Source: Thermodesulfobacteriota bacterium (GTDB lineage Bacteria > Desulfobacterota_D > UBA1144 > Nemesobacterales > UBA2774). From it: a stretch of DNA of 64,000 nucleotides. The DNA is taken from NCBI GenBank assembly GCA_963422265.1, contig OY729416.1, positions 384,001 through 448,000 on the forward strand, written 5' to 3'. Below the pieces are notes generated by a model, which saw only the letters and a list, made by a program, of their open reading frames with translations, had not been told where the DNA came from and did no database searches. Positions 1 through 10,341 of this stretch are shown one piece after another (position 1 is the first letter of the stretch; each line of letters begins with the position of its first letter). A program made the translations under genes and the position numbers.

Positions 1-255
1 CTGACCGTGGCGCTATTTAAGCATAATATTGCCGTTTATCCTGGGGATGGGCTCGGTAGTGTAGGCTCGACAGATTATATAAGGCTCAATATTTCAAGAC
101 CCGACCTGTGGGCATTCGAGCGCTTAGAAAAATATCTCCCGGTTGCACTGTCCGAGGCTAAGTGCGGCGCTTATAAACAAAGCGTGATAGAATTCTTCGA
201 GCGAAAACAAACTGATCGGGCAAAAATGATTATTGAGAACATTAGGAAAAGCTAG
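1..255 (+). CDS. C-terminal fragment of a class I/II PLP-dependent aminotransferase-like protein (5' truncated by the window)
   Basis: Frame is open from base 1. NIAVYPGDGLG...DYIRLNIS resembles the fold-type I C-terminal (V/Y)PG..F.....iRls motif. Stop overlaps the next GTG (TAGTG). Confidence 0.65.
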   Translation: MTVALFKHNIAVYPGDGLGSVGSTDYIRLNISRPDLWAFERLEKYLPVALSEAKCGAYKQSVIEFFERKQTDRAKMIIENIRKS

Positions 256-1202
256 TGAATTTGTCCGAAAGTATTCTCGACCTAATTGGAAACACGCCGC
301 TTATAAAGCTCAATAGCTTAGCAAGTGGATTTAAGCCTGAAGTATATGTAAAGGGCGAGTCTTATAACCCGAGTGGCAGTATTAAGGACAGAGTTGCAAT
401 TAATATAATCAAAGATGCTGAGAGTAGAGGAGTTCTCAAACCGGGTGACACAATAGTTGAAGCTACGTCTGGCAATATGGGAGCTGCCTTAGCTCTTATA
501 GGAACCGTAAAGGGGTATAGATGCATACTTACATTACCTGAGACAACTACAAGAGAAAAGATACAAGTGCTTAAGCTATTTGGTGCGGAAGTGATCCTTA
601 CTCCAAAGGGTCTTTCACCGTCTGATGAGCAAAGTTGCTACGAGGTAGCGCGCAGGACGGCTGGGGAGAAAAACGCTTTCTACGTTAATCAGTATTTTAA
701 TAGTCTCAATCCAGACGCGCATTATAAGACCACCGGACTGGAGATATGGCGCGATACGCAAGGCAGTGTTGATACGGTTATTTGTGGTATAGGAACTGGG
801 GGGACTATAACTGGAGTGGGTAAGTACCTAAAAGAAAGGAAGGCAGGTATTAGAGTTATTGGAGTTGAGCCCGTGGGCTCGGTATTTAAGACGTATCTTG
901 AAACAGGAGCGTTTACGACTGAAGCATCGGATTTTAGCATAGAAGGGATTGGGAAGAATTTCATACCGGGGGCACTTGACCTTGGCTATGTTGACGACGT
1001 CATACAGGTGTATGAGCAAGACGCCTTTCATTGGCAGAAGGATCTATTGAAGAGAGAAGGTATTTTAGTGGGTCCATCGAGCGGTGCTGCTATAGATGCT
1101 GCTATTAGATACGCTCGTGACAATTATAAAGATGAATATATTGTTGTTATACTTCCTGATGCAGGATCGAAATACTTATCAAGATACGCAGGGATTAGCT
1201 GA
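255..1202 (+). CDS. Cysteine synthase / cystathionine beta-synthase family PLP enzyme (catalytic domain only)
   Basis: IGNTPL, NPSGSIKDR (PLP Lys), ATSGNMG, GIGTGGT, IEGIG, GPSSG, LPDAGSKYLS. Confidence 0.92.
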   Translation: MNLSESILDLIGNTPLIKLNSLASGFKPEVYVKGESYNPSGSIKDRVAINIIKDAESRGVLKPGDTIVEATSGNMGAALALIGTVKGYRCILTLPETTTREKIQVLKLFGAEVILTPKGLSPSDEQSCYEVARRTAGEKNAFYVNQYFNSLNPDAHYKTTGLEIWRDTQGSVDTVICGIGTGGTITGVGKYLKERKAGIRVIGVEPVGSVFKTYLETGAFTTEASDFSIEGIGKNFIPGALDLGYVDDVIQVYEQDAFHWQKDLLKREGILVGPSSGAAIDAAIRYARDNYKDEYIVVILPDAGSKYLSRYAGIS

Positions 1203-1231
1203 TCCTACTATACGTAACAGGACGTATTTCC

Positions 1232-2464
1232 ATGTTAACCCTTAGTGAAGACAAAGTTCAGAGTTTGACTGAAGATTATGGTTCGCCCCTATTTGTCGTT
1301 TCAGCCAATACGGTGAGAGAAAACGTTAAGAATTTTAGGAGTCAGTTTTCTGAACGTTATCCAGAGGTCGTAGTTGCTTACTCTTATAAGGTAAATTACC
1401 TGCCTGATGTTCTAAGAATTATTCACAAGGACGGCGCTTGGGCTGAGGTAGCCTCCGGATTTGAGTATGAGCTAGCGAAAAGGTTGGGTGTTCCTGGTCG
1501 TTCTATTGTATTTAATGGTCCCTATAAAAAAAAAGAAGAACTAATACGGGCTGTAGAAGACGGGGCTATAATAAACGTAGATAACGCTGAAGAAATCAGT
1601 GTGCTTGAGGGGCTATCCTGCACTGCTCGGAAGCCGATCAACGTAGGGATTAGGGTTAATACGAATGTAGAGACTGACCAACTGCCCGACCGCTTTGGCT
1701 TTAATCTGGAATCTGGTGAAGCAGCGCGGGTTGTAGCTTTATGTGCTGATAGAAAATTATTGAACGTAATTGGATTACACATACACCTTACGAGTTATAT
1801 TGTTGAGTCTAAGTGCGAAGGTGATGTTCCCTCAAAGGGAATAAAACTTATGTGGCCAAAGGGATGTCAGGCTTATGAGGAAGCTTCAAGAAAGATTGCG
1901 AGGTTCGCGAGAGAGGTTGGTGAGAAGTATGGCATTCGGTTTAAGTACCTAGATATGGGGGGAGGTTTCCCTACGGTAGATTCATTGACTCCCTACGTTG
2001 AGGCAATAACTATTCCAATACTGAGTGAATTTAGACGAGAAAGTCTGCCACTATTAATACTGGAGCCTGGGAGGGCAATAGTAAGTAACGCTATTGACCT
2101 TATCTCAACGGTCATAACGGTCAAGAGTGTTGCTGATGAGGGAATATTCGCGGTAATTGATAGCGGAATTAATCTTCTTCCAACTTCCATTTTTAGATAT
2201 CAGAACGTTGAATGTATAACGGATTCAAAGGGCAAATTGAAAGAAACTACTGTTTACGGACCCCTTTGTCTTCAAATCGACGTAGTTACAAAGGCGCAAC
2301 TTCCTGAGCTTAGAGTTGGGGATAAAGTTATTATTAAAAACGTAGGAGCCTACAATATGCCCCAGTCGGGCACGTTCATTTTTCAACAGCCGATGGTCGT
2401 TATGATAGACGCCGAAGAAGTAAGGATTATTAAGAAATCAGGAACTGTTGAAGATATATTATAA
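1232..2464 (+). CDS. Fold-type III PLP-dependent decarboxylase (LysA/MccE-like)
   Basis: YGSP, YSYKVNY (PLP Lys), EVASGFE, FNGPYK, RFG, DMGGGF, LEPGRA, GPLC, NVGAY. Confidence 0.88.
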   Translation: MLTLSEDKVQSLTEDYGSPLFVVSANTVRENVKNFRSQFSERYPEVVVAYSYKVNYLPDVLRIIHKDGAWAEVASGFEYELAKRLGVPGRSIVFNGPYKKKEELIRAVEDGAIINVDNAEEISVLEGLSCTARKPINVGIRVNTNVETDQLPDRFGFNLESGEAARVVALCADRKLLNVIGLHIHLTSYIVESKCEGDVPSKGIKLMWPKGCQAYEEASRKIARFAREVGEKYGIRFKYLDMGGGFPTVDSLTPYVEAITIPILSEFRRESLPLLILEPGRAIVSNAIDLISTVITVKSVADEGIFAVIDSGINLLPTSIFRYQNVECITDSKGKLKETTVYGPLCLQIDVVTKAQLPELRVGDKVIIKNVGAYNMPQSGTFIFQQPMVVMIDAEEVRIIKKSGTVEDIL

Positions 2465-2532
2465 TAAACTCTTCCGGACACAAGACTTAAAAAATAGTTT
2501 TAGGTATCATAGTAACTTGTAGTTGTTAGCAA

Positions 2533-2606
2533 GGGCTGTTAGCTCAGCTAGGTAGAGCAGGTGACTCTTAATCATCGGGTCGGGGGTTCGATTCCCTCAC
2601 AGCCCA
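2533..2606 (+). tRNA. tRNA-Lys(CTT)
   Basis: Acceptor stem GGGCTGT/ACAGCCC, anticodon loop CTCTTAA, T-loop TTCGATT. CCA is not encoded. Confidence 0.93.
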
Positions 2607-2611
2607 CAATG

Positions 2612-2698
<87 letters not shown>

Positions 2699-2728
2699 TT
2701 TAGAGATTAATTAGAGGGGTTTCTATTT

Positions 2729-4009
2729 ATGAAAGTCAATGTGGAAGATTTAAGTAGCACACGGAAAAGAGTAGATGTCGTAATACCGATAGAAGATGTT
2801 AGATCGGTTAGAAACAAGGTGTTTCAGGAAATAAAGAAGAGCGCCAAAATAAAGGGGTTTCGTCCGGGTAAAGCCCCTGACGGCGTTGTAGAATCTATGT
2901 ATAAGAGCGAGATACTTAGCGAAGCTGCTGCAAGGCTTGTTCAGAGTACGCTGGAAGATGCTCTTAAAGAAGCTTCTGTGTCTCCTGTAAGCAGACCCGA
3001 AGTCGCGCCGTCCGAGGCAGTCTCTACAGATAAAGATTTTACGTACTCAGCGACCTTTGACGTTCTTCCCAATATAGAGCTTATGGAATACAAGGGAATA
3101 CCGCTTAAAAAAGAAGTTAAGGAAGTTACAGATAGCGATGTTGAGTATGCAATTGAGCAGCTTCGCAACCATAAAGCCGAGGTTAAGCCATATGAAAAGG
3201 AAAAGGGAGTTGAGAAAAGCGACGTTGCCATAGTTGACTTTCAGGGTTATTTAGAGGGTAAGCTCATTGAGGATCTTAACCGTAAAGACATGCAATTTCT
3301 GGTGGGTGAAGGGAAAATGCTCCCTGAGTTTGAAGAGAACTTGCTGGGTATGAAGAAGGGTGAAGAAAAGAAATTCGACGTAAAATACGATGAAGACTTT
3401 CAGATAAGAGAAGTAGCGGGGAAGGAAGTGAATTTCAAACTCACCGTAAAGGACATTTTACAGAGAGAGTTGCCGGTGATTGATGATGAACTTGCCAAAG
3501 GCGCGGGACTTAAGACCCTCAGCGAGCTTAAGGAGAAGATAAAGGACGACCTAAGTCGTCAGGTTGAGCATCAATCGCTCACGAAAATGAAAAGCGACCT
3601 ACTTGATCTTATAGTAGAGAGAAATGAGATTGAAGTGCCTTTGAGCCTCGTCAAGGAAGAAGAATCCAGAATGACGCAGCAAATAATTAAAAATATGGGG
3701 CAAAGAGGAGTCAAATCTCAACCTATAGATGAGGCGACTCAAAGCATGGTGCAAGAGCGTGCTCTCAGAAACGTAAAGGCATCTATGATACTGGGCGCGA
3801 TCTCGAGAAAGGAGGGTATTTCCGTCTCCGAAGATGATATAAATGAGAACCTTTCCGCGGTTGCAGATAGTTATAACGTTCCTACGGAGCAAGTTAGGGA
3901 GGCTTATGAGCGGAATAATATGCTAGAGGGTTTGGAAGTCAACCTTGCGGAGCAAAAAGTCATTGATTTTCTTATAAAGAACGCTGATGTAGAAGAGGGA
4001 CTGATATGA
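2729..4009 (+). CDS. tig: Trigger factor
   Basis: GFRPGKAP ribosome-binding signature and FKBP-type domain; lies between tRNA-Leu and clpP. Confidence 0.96.
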   Translation: MKVNVEDLSSTRKRVDVVIPIEDVRSVRNKVFQEIKKSAKIKGFRPGKAPDGVVESMYKSEILSEAAARLVQSTLEDALKEASVSPVSRPEVAPSEAVSTDKDFTYSATFDVLPNIELMEYKGIPLKKEVKEVTDSDVEYAIEQLRNHKAEVKPYEKEKGVEKSDVAIVDFQGYLEGKLIEDLNRKDMQFLVGEGKMLPEFEENLLGMKKGEEKKFDVKYDEDFQIREVAGKEVNFKLTVKDILQRELPVIDDELAKGAGLKTLSELKEKIKDDLSRQVEHQSLTKMKSDLLDLIVERNEIEVPLSLVKEEESRMTQQIIKNMGQRGVKSQPIDEATQSMVQERALRNVKASMILGAISRKEGISVSEDDINENLSAVADSYNVPTEQVREAYERNNMLEGLEVNLAEQKVIDFLIKNADVEEGLI

Positions 4010-4020
4010 GGACAGTTACG

Positions 4021-4049
4021 TTGACAATAAGGGTTAAGCTTAGTATATT
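4021..4049 (+). promoter_or_regulatory. Sigma70-type promoter for clpP-clpX-lon
   Basis: TTGACA(4021-4026)-17 bp-TATATT(4044-4049). Confidence 0.75.
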
Positions 4050-4055
4050 GTTAAG

Positions 4056-4658
4056 GTGATGTCTAGCTACGTTCCAATAGTTATTGAACAAACCAGCAGG
4101 GGCGAGAGGGCTTATGATATTTTTTCCCGTTTACTCAAGGATAGGATAGTTTTTATTGGGTCTCCTATAATAGATGCCGTAGCGGATACGGTAATTGCTC
4201 AACTCTTATTTTTGGAGTCGGAAAATCCGGATAAAGACATTTATCTCTACATGAACTCACCGGGGGGGCACGTAACTTCTGGTCTGGCTATATACGATAC
4301 CATGCAGTACATAAAGCCTGATGTGGCGACTATGTGCATAGGGCAGGCTGCCAGTATGGCGGCTGTTTTGCTTGCAGCGGGTGCTGAGGGTAAGCGATTC
4401 GCTCTTCCCCATGCCCGTATGATGATTCATCAGGTGCTCGGTGGTGTGGAAGGACAAGCGACGGATATTGAGATTCACGCAAAAGAGATTCTTAGGATTA
4501 AAGAAGAAATTAACCGTATTCTTGCAAAGCATACTAACCAGCCATTTAATAAAATTGCGGATGATACAGAGAGAGATTTCTTTCTGAGACCGGATGACGC
4601 CTTAGAATATGGGCTGGTTGACTCTATAATTACTAAGAGAGAGGGGGCGGTTTTATGA
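4056..4658 (+). CDS. clpP: ATP-dependent Clp protease proteolytic subunit
   Basis: [26 protein letters not shown] (catalytic Ser), MIHQ. Start is GTG 4056 or ATG 4059. Confidence 0.98.
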   Translation: MMSSYVPIVIEQTSRGERAYDIFSRLLKDRIVFIGSPIIDAVADTVIAQLLFLESENPDKDIYLYMNSPGGHVTSGLAIYDTMQYIKPDVATMCIGQAASMAAVLLAAGAEGKRFALPHARMMIHQVLGGVEGQATDIEIHAKEILRIKEEINRILAKHTNQPFNKIADDTERDFFLRPDDALEYGLVDSIITKREGAVL

Positions 4659-5929
4659 CTTCAGGGCGCAACGTGAAAGAGGGTAAGCTCTACTGTTCTT
4701 TTTGCGGAAAGAGCCAGAAGGAAGTTAGGAAGCTTATTGCTGGTCCAACCGTATATATATGCAACGAGTGCATTGAGCTTTGTAACGAGATTATAGCTGA
4801 CGAGGATGCTAAAGAGGGTGTTCTCAAAAAGCGGTATTCAAGTTTACCTACGCCTTTGCAAATCAAACAGTTCTTAGATGAATACGTAATAGGGCAAGAG
4901 AGGGCTAAAAAGGTATTGTCTGTAGCGGTATATAATCACTATAAGAGAATTGAGTTTAATGTCTATCGCAGCAATAAAAATCCTGGGGTTGAGGTTCAGA
5001 AAAGTAATATCCTAATGATCGGACCTACTGGAAGTGGCAAAACTCTCATGGCTCAGACCTTGGCTAAACTCCTTGAGGTGCCATTTACGATTGTGGATGC
5101 AACATGCTATACAGAGGCAGGCTACGTTGGGGAAGACGTAGAGAACATGATTGTAAGCCTGCTGCAGGCTGCAGACTACGATCTTGAAAAAGCCTCAAGG
5201 GGAATTATATATATAGATGAGATAGACAAGCTTGCTAGAAAAACTGGAGACAGCCCTTCAATCACAAGGGATGTTTCTGGCGAGGGTGTGCAGCAGTCTT
5301 TACTCAAAATTATGGAAGGCACCAAGGCTAACGTGCCACCCAAGGGTGGAAGAAAGCATCCTCAGCAAGAGTTTTTACAGATTGACACTACTAATATTCT
5401 GTTTATTTGTGGCGGTGCTTTCTGCGGGCTTGAGGATATTGTAAAGCGGAGAATAGGAGAGAAATCAATTGGGTTTGAAGCCAATCTCGGGAGAGTCAAT
5501 GAAAAGGATCTAGGTGCCGTGCTAAAGGAGGTGCAACCTGAGGATCAGATACAATATGGGCTTATACCAGAATTTGTTGGTAGAATCCCGGTTGTAGCTA
5601 CCCTTGAAGAACTCAGTGAAGAGTCTTTTGTTGAAATACTCACAAAACCTAGAAATGCAATCATCAAGCAGTTTCAAAAGCTTATGGAGATTGAAAATGT
5701 CCAACTCGAAGTTACAGAAGGTGCCCTTGCATCTATAGCTCAAGAGGCTATTAACAGAAAAACCGGGGCGAGAGGCTTAAGGGCTATAATTGAGAATGTT
5801 ATGCTTGATATTTCATACGAAGTTCCATCACTCAAGGGACTGAGTCGCTGTGTGATAACGGAGGACGTTATTAGAGGGGCTAGTGATCCTCTCTTTATTT
5901 ACGAAGAGGAAGCCCGATTGGGAACTTAG
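4655..5929 (+). CDS. clpX: Clp protease ATP-binding subunit
   Basis: C4 zinc finger CSFC...[23 protein letters not shown] and IGF loops. Confidence 0.98.
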   Translation: MTSGRNVKEGKLYCSFCGKSQKEVRKLIAGPTVYICNECIELCNEIIADEDAKEGVLKKRYSSLPTPLQIKQFLDEYVIGQERAKKVLSVAVYNHYKRIEFNVYRSNKNPGVEVQKSNILMIGPTGSGKTLMAQTLAKLLEVPFTIVDATCYTEAGYVGEDVENMIVSLLQAADYDLEKASRGIIYIDEIDKLARKTGDSPSITRDVSGEGVQQSLLKIMEGTKANVPPKGGRKHPQQEFLQIDTTNILFICGGAFCGLEDIVKRRIGEKSIGFEANLGRVNEKDLGAVLKEVQPEDQIQYGLIPEFVGRIPVVATLEELSEESFVEILTKPRNAIIKQFQKLMEIENVQLEVTEGALASIAQEAINRKTGARGLRAIIENVMLDISYEVPSLKGLSRCVITEDVIRGASDPLFIYEEEARLGT

Positions 5930-5960
5930 TACCTAAATACAGCCTTTAAGGAGAGTTATT

Positions 5961-8405
5961 ATGCCAAACTTGATTAAAGTAGACAAGAAAGAAGAAAATA
6001 AAGAAGAAAATATGGAGACCCTGCCGTTACTACCGCTTAGGGACGTTGTTATATTCCCTTATATGGTGTCGCCGCTTTTTGTCGGACGTGAAAAGTCAAT
6101 TCATGCACTTGAGGAGGCGATGAAGAAAGATAAAGAGATATTTCTTGCCGCGCAAAAGGATGCTAAAACTAACGATCCCACGGAGAAAGATATTTATGAT
6201 ATAGGAACTATTGGCACCATTGTTCAAATGCTAAGGTTGCCAGATAGCACGGTAAAAGTGCTCGTCGAAGGAAAAAAAAGGGCGCGTATCCAAAATTACG
6301 TTCTTAATAAGAGCCATTTTGTCGTACAGGTGCAGCCCGTTCCTGAGCCAGATGAGATAGGTGTAGAAACGGAGGCGCTTATACGCACCCTTGTTACGGC
6401 ATTTGAAAATTACGTGAAGTTGAACAAAAAAATTCCTTCGGAAGTACTCGTAACCCTTTCTTCGATAAAGGATCCTGGACAGTTATCAGATACTATTTCG
6501 TCACATCTTGGTTTTAAGCTTGAGGATAAGCAGGAGATATTGGAGACGCTCGATCCTGCCGAGAGGCTTGAAAAATTGTATGAAAAAATGCAGTCCGAAG
6601 TTGAGATCATGCAGATTGAGAAGAGAATTAGGTCCAGGGTCAAAAAGCAAATGGAGAAAGCTCAGAAGGAGTATTATCTTACCGAGCAGATGAGAGCAAT
6701 TCAGAAAGAATTGGGTGAAAAGGACGATCTTAAATCTGAAATACAAGAGTTCGAAGATAATTTAAAGAAGAAAGAGCTTACGGAAGAGGCTGAGCAGAAG
6801 GTAAAACGTGAGATCAAGAAATTAAAACAGATGTCTCCTATGTCCGCAGAAGCGACTGTGGTTAGAAACTACATTGATTGGCTTCTTTCTATTCCTTGGC
6901 AGGGCGAAGTAACGGAGGATACGATCGATATTGAAGAAGCTCAAAAGATTCTTGATAACGATCATTTTGGGCTTGAAAAGCCTAAAGAGAGAATAATTGA
7001 ATATCTATCGGTTCAGGCTCTGATCAGTAAGATTAAAGGTCCTATACTTTGTTTTGTAGGACCTCCAGGGGTGGGTAAAACGTCCCTTGCAAAGTCAATT
7101 GCGCGCTCCATGGGACGTAAGTTTATAAGGGTATCACTGGGAGGAGTGAGGGACGAGGCTGAGATAAGGGGGCACCGCCGCACTTACATAGGTGCGCTCC
7201 CCGGAAAAATTATTCAAGGGGTTAGGAAGGCAGGCACTATGAATCCAGTGTTCTTGCTTGATGAAATAGATAAGCTCGGTATGGACTTTAGAGGTGATCC
7301 TGCGTCCGCTCTTTTAGAGGCTCTCGATCCTGAGCAGAATGTTGCCTTTAATGATCATTACCTTGAGGTTGATTATGACCTTTCAAATGTGATGTTTATC
7401 ACGACGGCGAATGTTCTTCACACCATTCCATGGGCACTACAGGATAGAATGGAAATCATAAGGATTTCAGGCTATACAGAAGATGAGAAGCTCGAAATAG
7501 CAAGGAAGTTTCTACTACCAAAACAGCGAGAGGCTCATGGTCACAAGAAGGAAAGTGTTAAGGTCTCAGACGCTGCAATTCTTGAAATTATCAGACGCTA
7601 TACGAAAGAGGCTGGTGTTAGAACCCTTGAGCGTGAGATTGCTAATCTTTGTAGAAAAGCTGCCCGCGATATAGTGAAGAAGGGAAAAGATCATACAGTC
7701 AGGATTACCCCTGCGCTGCTTAAGAAGCAGAACTATCTCGGCGTGCCTAAGTTTAAGTATGGCGAGATAGAAGAAAAAGAATATGTTGGCATGTCAACGG
7801 GTCTCGCATGGACAGAGGTAGGTGGAGAGCTTTTAAACATTGAGGTCTCCGTTATGCCCGGTAAGGGGACTTTTACGGTTACGGGCAAGCTTGGTGAAGT
7901 TATGCAGGAATCCACTCAGGCTGCTATGAGCTACGTAAGGTCAAGGGCTGAAAAGCTTGGGCTTGAGCGTAACTTCCATCAGAGAGTTGATATACATATA
8001 CACGTTCCTGAGGGTGCAACTCCAAAGGATGGACCATCGGCGGGTATAGCGATATCAACTGCCATAGTGTCGGCACTCATTAAAAAGCCGGTCAAGAATG
8101 ACATTGCTATGACGGGTGAAATTACGCTTAGGGGTAGGGTGCTTCCTATAGGGGGCCTAAAGGAAAAAGTTCTTGCGGCGCACCGCGGCAAGGTAAAGAC
8201 CGTGATTATACCACAAGAGAATGAAAAGGATCTTACGGAGATACGTAATAACATCTTAAAAGATATAAATATTAAACTTGTTGAGCACGTGGATGACGTT
8301 CTCGAAGAGGCGATTGTCTCACAAGGGCCCGTGCTTAATGACCTGATAATTCCGCCTCCTTCTGGCATGGCTTTGGGGAACGAGATTGGCACTAACGTGA
8401 ACTGA
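5961..8405 (+). CDS. lon: Lon protease
   Basis: LPLRD N-domain, [32 protein letters not shown]. Confidence 0.98.
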   Translation: MPNLIKVDKKEENKEENMETLPLLPLRDVVIFPYMVSPLFVGREKSIHALEEAMKKDKEIFLAAQKDAKTNDPTEKDIYDIGTIGTIVQMLRLPDSTVKVLVEGKKRARIQNYVLNKSHFVVQVQPVPEPDEIGVETEALIRTLVTAFENYVKLNKKIPSEVLVTLSSIKDPGQLSDTISSHLGFKLEDKQEILETLDPAERLEKLYEKMQSEVEIMQIEKRIRSRVKKQMEKAQKEYYLTEQMRAIQKELGEKDDLKSEIQEFEDNLKKKELTEEAEQKVKREIKKLKQMSPMSAEATVVRNYIDWLLSIPWQGEVTEDTIDIEEAQKILDNDHFGLEKPKERIIEYLSVQALISKIKGPILCFVGPPGVGKTSLAKSIARSMGRKFIRVSLGGVRDEAEIRGHRRTYIGALPGKIIQGVRKAGTMNPVFLLDEIDKLGMDFRGDPASALLEALDPEQNVAFNDHYLEVDYDLSNVMFITTANVLHTIPWALQDRMEIIRISGYTEDEKLEIARKFLLPKQREAHGHKKESVKVSDAAILEIIRRYTKEAGVRTLEREIANLCRKAARDIVKKGKDHTVRITPALLKKQNYLGVPKFKYGEIEEKEYVGMSTGLAWTEVGGELLNIEVSVMPGKGTFTVTGKLGEVMQESTQAAMSYVRSRAEKLGLERNFHQRVDIHIHVPEGATPKDGPSAGIAISTAIVSALIKKPVKNDIAMTGEITLRGRVLPIGGLKEKVLAAHRGKVKTVIIPQENEKDLTEIRNNILKDINIKLVEHVDDVLEEAIVSQGPVLNDLIIPPPSGMALGNEIGTNVN

Positions 8406-8545
8406 TAGGTTAGTATATGTATATAGTTATATTTTATCTGTCCATTGTCTGAGTTTGCTATAGACAAATGAGTCAAATTAGGTTATACATCACCCTCTTG
8501 AAAGTTGTCAGTAGATTATCTCGTTTGAGATACTTTGTGTTACAA

Positions 8546-8620
8546 GGGCGGTTAGCTCAGCGGGAGAGCGCTTGCCTTACAAGCAAGATGTCACAGGTTC
8601 AAATCCTGTACCGCCCACCA
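8546..8620 (+). tRNA. tRNA-Val(TAC)
   Basis: Acceptor GGGCGGT/ACCGCCC, anticodon arm CTTGC-CTTACAA-GCAAG, ends ACCA. Confidence 0.95.
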
Positions 8621-8637
8621 CTAACGAGATTCACTGC

Positions 8638-8715
8638 GGAGCCGTAGTTCAGACCGGTTAGAACGCTGGCCTGTCAAGCCAGAGGTCGCGGGTTCAAGTC
8701 CCGTCGGCTCCGCCA
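8638..8715 (+). tRNA. tRNA-Asp(GTC)
   Basis: Acceptor GGAGCCG/CGGCTCC, anticodon arm CTGGC-CTGTCAA-GCCAG, ends GCCA. Confidence 0.95.
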
Positions 8716-8763
8716 CTTACTTATTATAATATAAAGAAAAATGTAAAAGCTCGGTTACCCAAA

Positions 8764-10341
8764 ATGGTTTTGGACACGAATATAAGAAAACAAATTGAGC
8801 TACGCGGAATCCATTTTGAAACAATCGTAAATCAAATAAACACCTTCAGAGAAGGAGTGAGACCGGCAGAGCTTGTTCGCCCGTGCACTATAGGGGACGG
8901 TGTAGAGTTCCTAGAAGGAAACGTGGACTACTTCTGCCGTTTATACGAGAGCGACCTTTCTAGTAAACAAATTATCAAATTTGTTCCCGCTTCAGGTGCT
9001 GCAAGTAGAATGTTTGGGCAGCTACTTGCAGCACCTAGTGATGATAAAGGTAGGATAAATAAAAAAACTCTTCTTCAAGACGCCGAGAGGGGTGATAGCA
9101 ACTCGGAAGCATTTCTCCTTTTTATAAAAGAGCTTGAGAAATTCGCATTTTACAGCGATTTGGTTTCCTGCTTAAATAAGTATGCCCTCAGCGTTAAGAA
9201 TATACTTGAGGAAGGTTTTTATAATGAGGTTCTGGATTTTACTCTTGGCTCAAAAGGACTAAATTACGCTAACTTGCCTAAGGGGCTAATAAAATTTCAT
9301 ACTTATCCTGATGGGAGCAGGACTGCTTTTGAGGAACACCTTGTTGAAGCGTTAGATTACTCAGTCGGTGCGTTCAAGAAAGCTCGCGTGCACTTTACAG
9401 TGTCCCCAGACCATCTTCATAGCTTTAAGGCGCTCGCAAAACTTATAGGACCACGTTATGAGCGGGATGGAATTGAGTTCGAAATCACTTTTTCAATTCA
9501 GAATCCATCTACCGACACTATAGCAGTTGATATCGAGAACAAGCCGTTCTTAGACGCGGAGGGGAAAATTGTTTTAAGGCCTGGCGGGCATGGTGTTTTG
9601 CTCGATAATCTAAACGAGATCTATTGTGATATAGCTTTTATAAAAAATATAGACAACGTGGTTCCTGACCGTATCAAGCAGGAAATGTGCACCTATAAAA
9701 AAGCACTGGGGGGGATGCTAATAGATATTCAGAGCAAGGTCTCGGGGTATCTAAAAGAACTTGAAAAGGGTAGAAAGGACGTTAAGTTTTTAGATCGCCT
9801 CGCACGGTTTGCGCTTCGCTTTCTTAATACCACTTTGCCTGAAGGTTTTGAAAAAGCGACTGAGGAGGCAAAGGTGAGTTTCTTATACTCAAAACTCAAT
9901 AGACCTATAAGGGTTTGTGGAGTAGTTAGAAACGAGGGGGAGCCCGGTGGAGGACCCTTTTGGGTAAGAAATGAAGATAGAACTCTATCTAAGCAAATCA
10001 TTGAGTCAGCGCAGGTTGACGTAAACTCCGACGCTCAGAGGTCTATTTGGGAATCCTCAACCCACTTTAACCCCGTTGATATAGTATGCGGGCTTAGGGA
10101 TTATCAAGGCAATCCATTTAATCTCACTGAGTATTCAGATCCTAGCACCGCGTTTATATCAATCAAATCAAAAGACGGAAGGAGCCTTAAAGCCCTTGAG
10201 CTACCTGGTCTTTGGAACGGCTCGATGGCGTATTGGAACACGACGTTTGTCGAGGTTCCGCTCATTACTTTTAATCCCGTTAAAACGCTGTTAGACCTAT
10301 TGAGACCTGAGCACCAGAACGAGAAAAATCTTCCTTCTTAG
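8764..10341 (+). CDS. DUF4301 family protein (UDP-sugar pyrophosphorylase-like nucleotidyltransferase fold)
   Basis: KFVPASGAASRMF, NLPKGLIKFH, RPGGHG, IKNIDNV, GEPGGGPFW, THFNPVD, ELPGLWNG, TFNPVK...L.RPEHQ. Confidence 0.88.
   Translation: MVLDTNIRKQIELRGIHFETIVNQINTFREGVRPAELVRPCTIGDGVEFLEGNVDYFCRLYESDLSSKQIIKFVPASGAASRMFGQLLAAPSDDKGRINKKTLLQDAERGDSNSEAFLLFIKELEKFAFYSDLVSCLNKYALSVKNILEEGFYNEVLDFTLGSKGLNYANLPKGLIKFHTYPDGSRTAFEEHLVEALDYSVGAFKKARVHFTVSPDHLHSFKALAKLIGPRYERDGIEFEITFSIQNPSTDTIAVDIENKPFLDAEGKIVLRPGGHGVLLDNLNEIYCDIAFIKNIDNVVPDRIKQEMCTYKKALGGMLIDIQSKVSGYLKELEKGRKDVKFLDRLARFALRFLNTTLPEGFEKATEEAKVSFLYSKLNRPIRVCGVVRNEGEPGGGPFWVRNEDRTLSKQIIESAQVDVNSDAQRSIWESSTHFNPVDIVCGLRDYQGNPFNLTEYSDPSTAFISIKSKDGRSLKALELPGLWNGSMAYWNTTFVEVPLITFNPVKTLLDLLRPEHQNEKNLPS

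Noticed and set aside
2533..2609. tRNA-Lys lacking encoded CCA as a pseudo-tRNA
   Set aside because: The cloverleaf is intact, and post-transcriptional CCA addition is common in bacteria.
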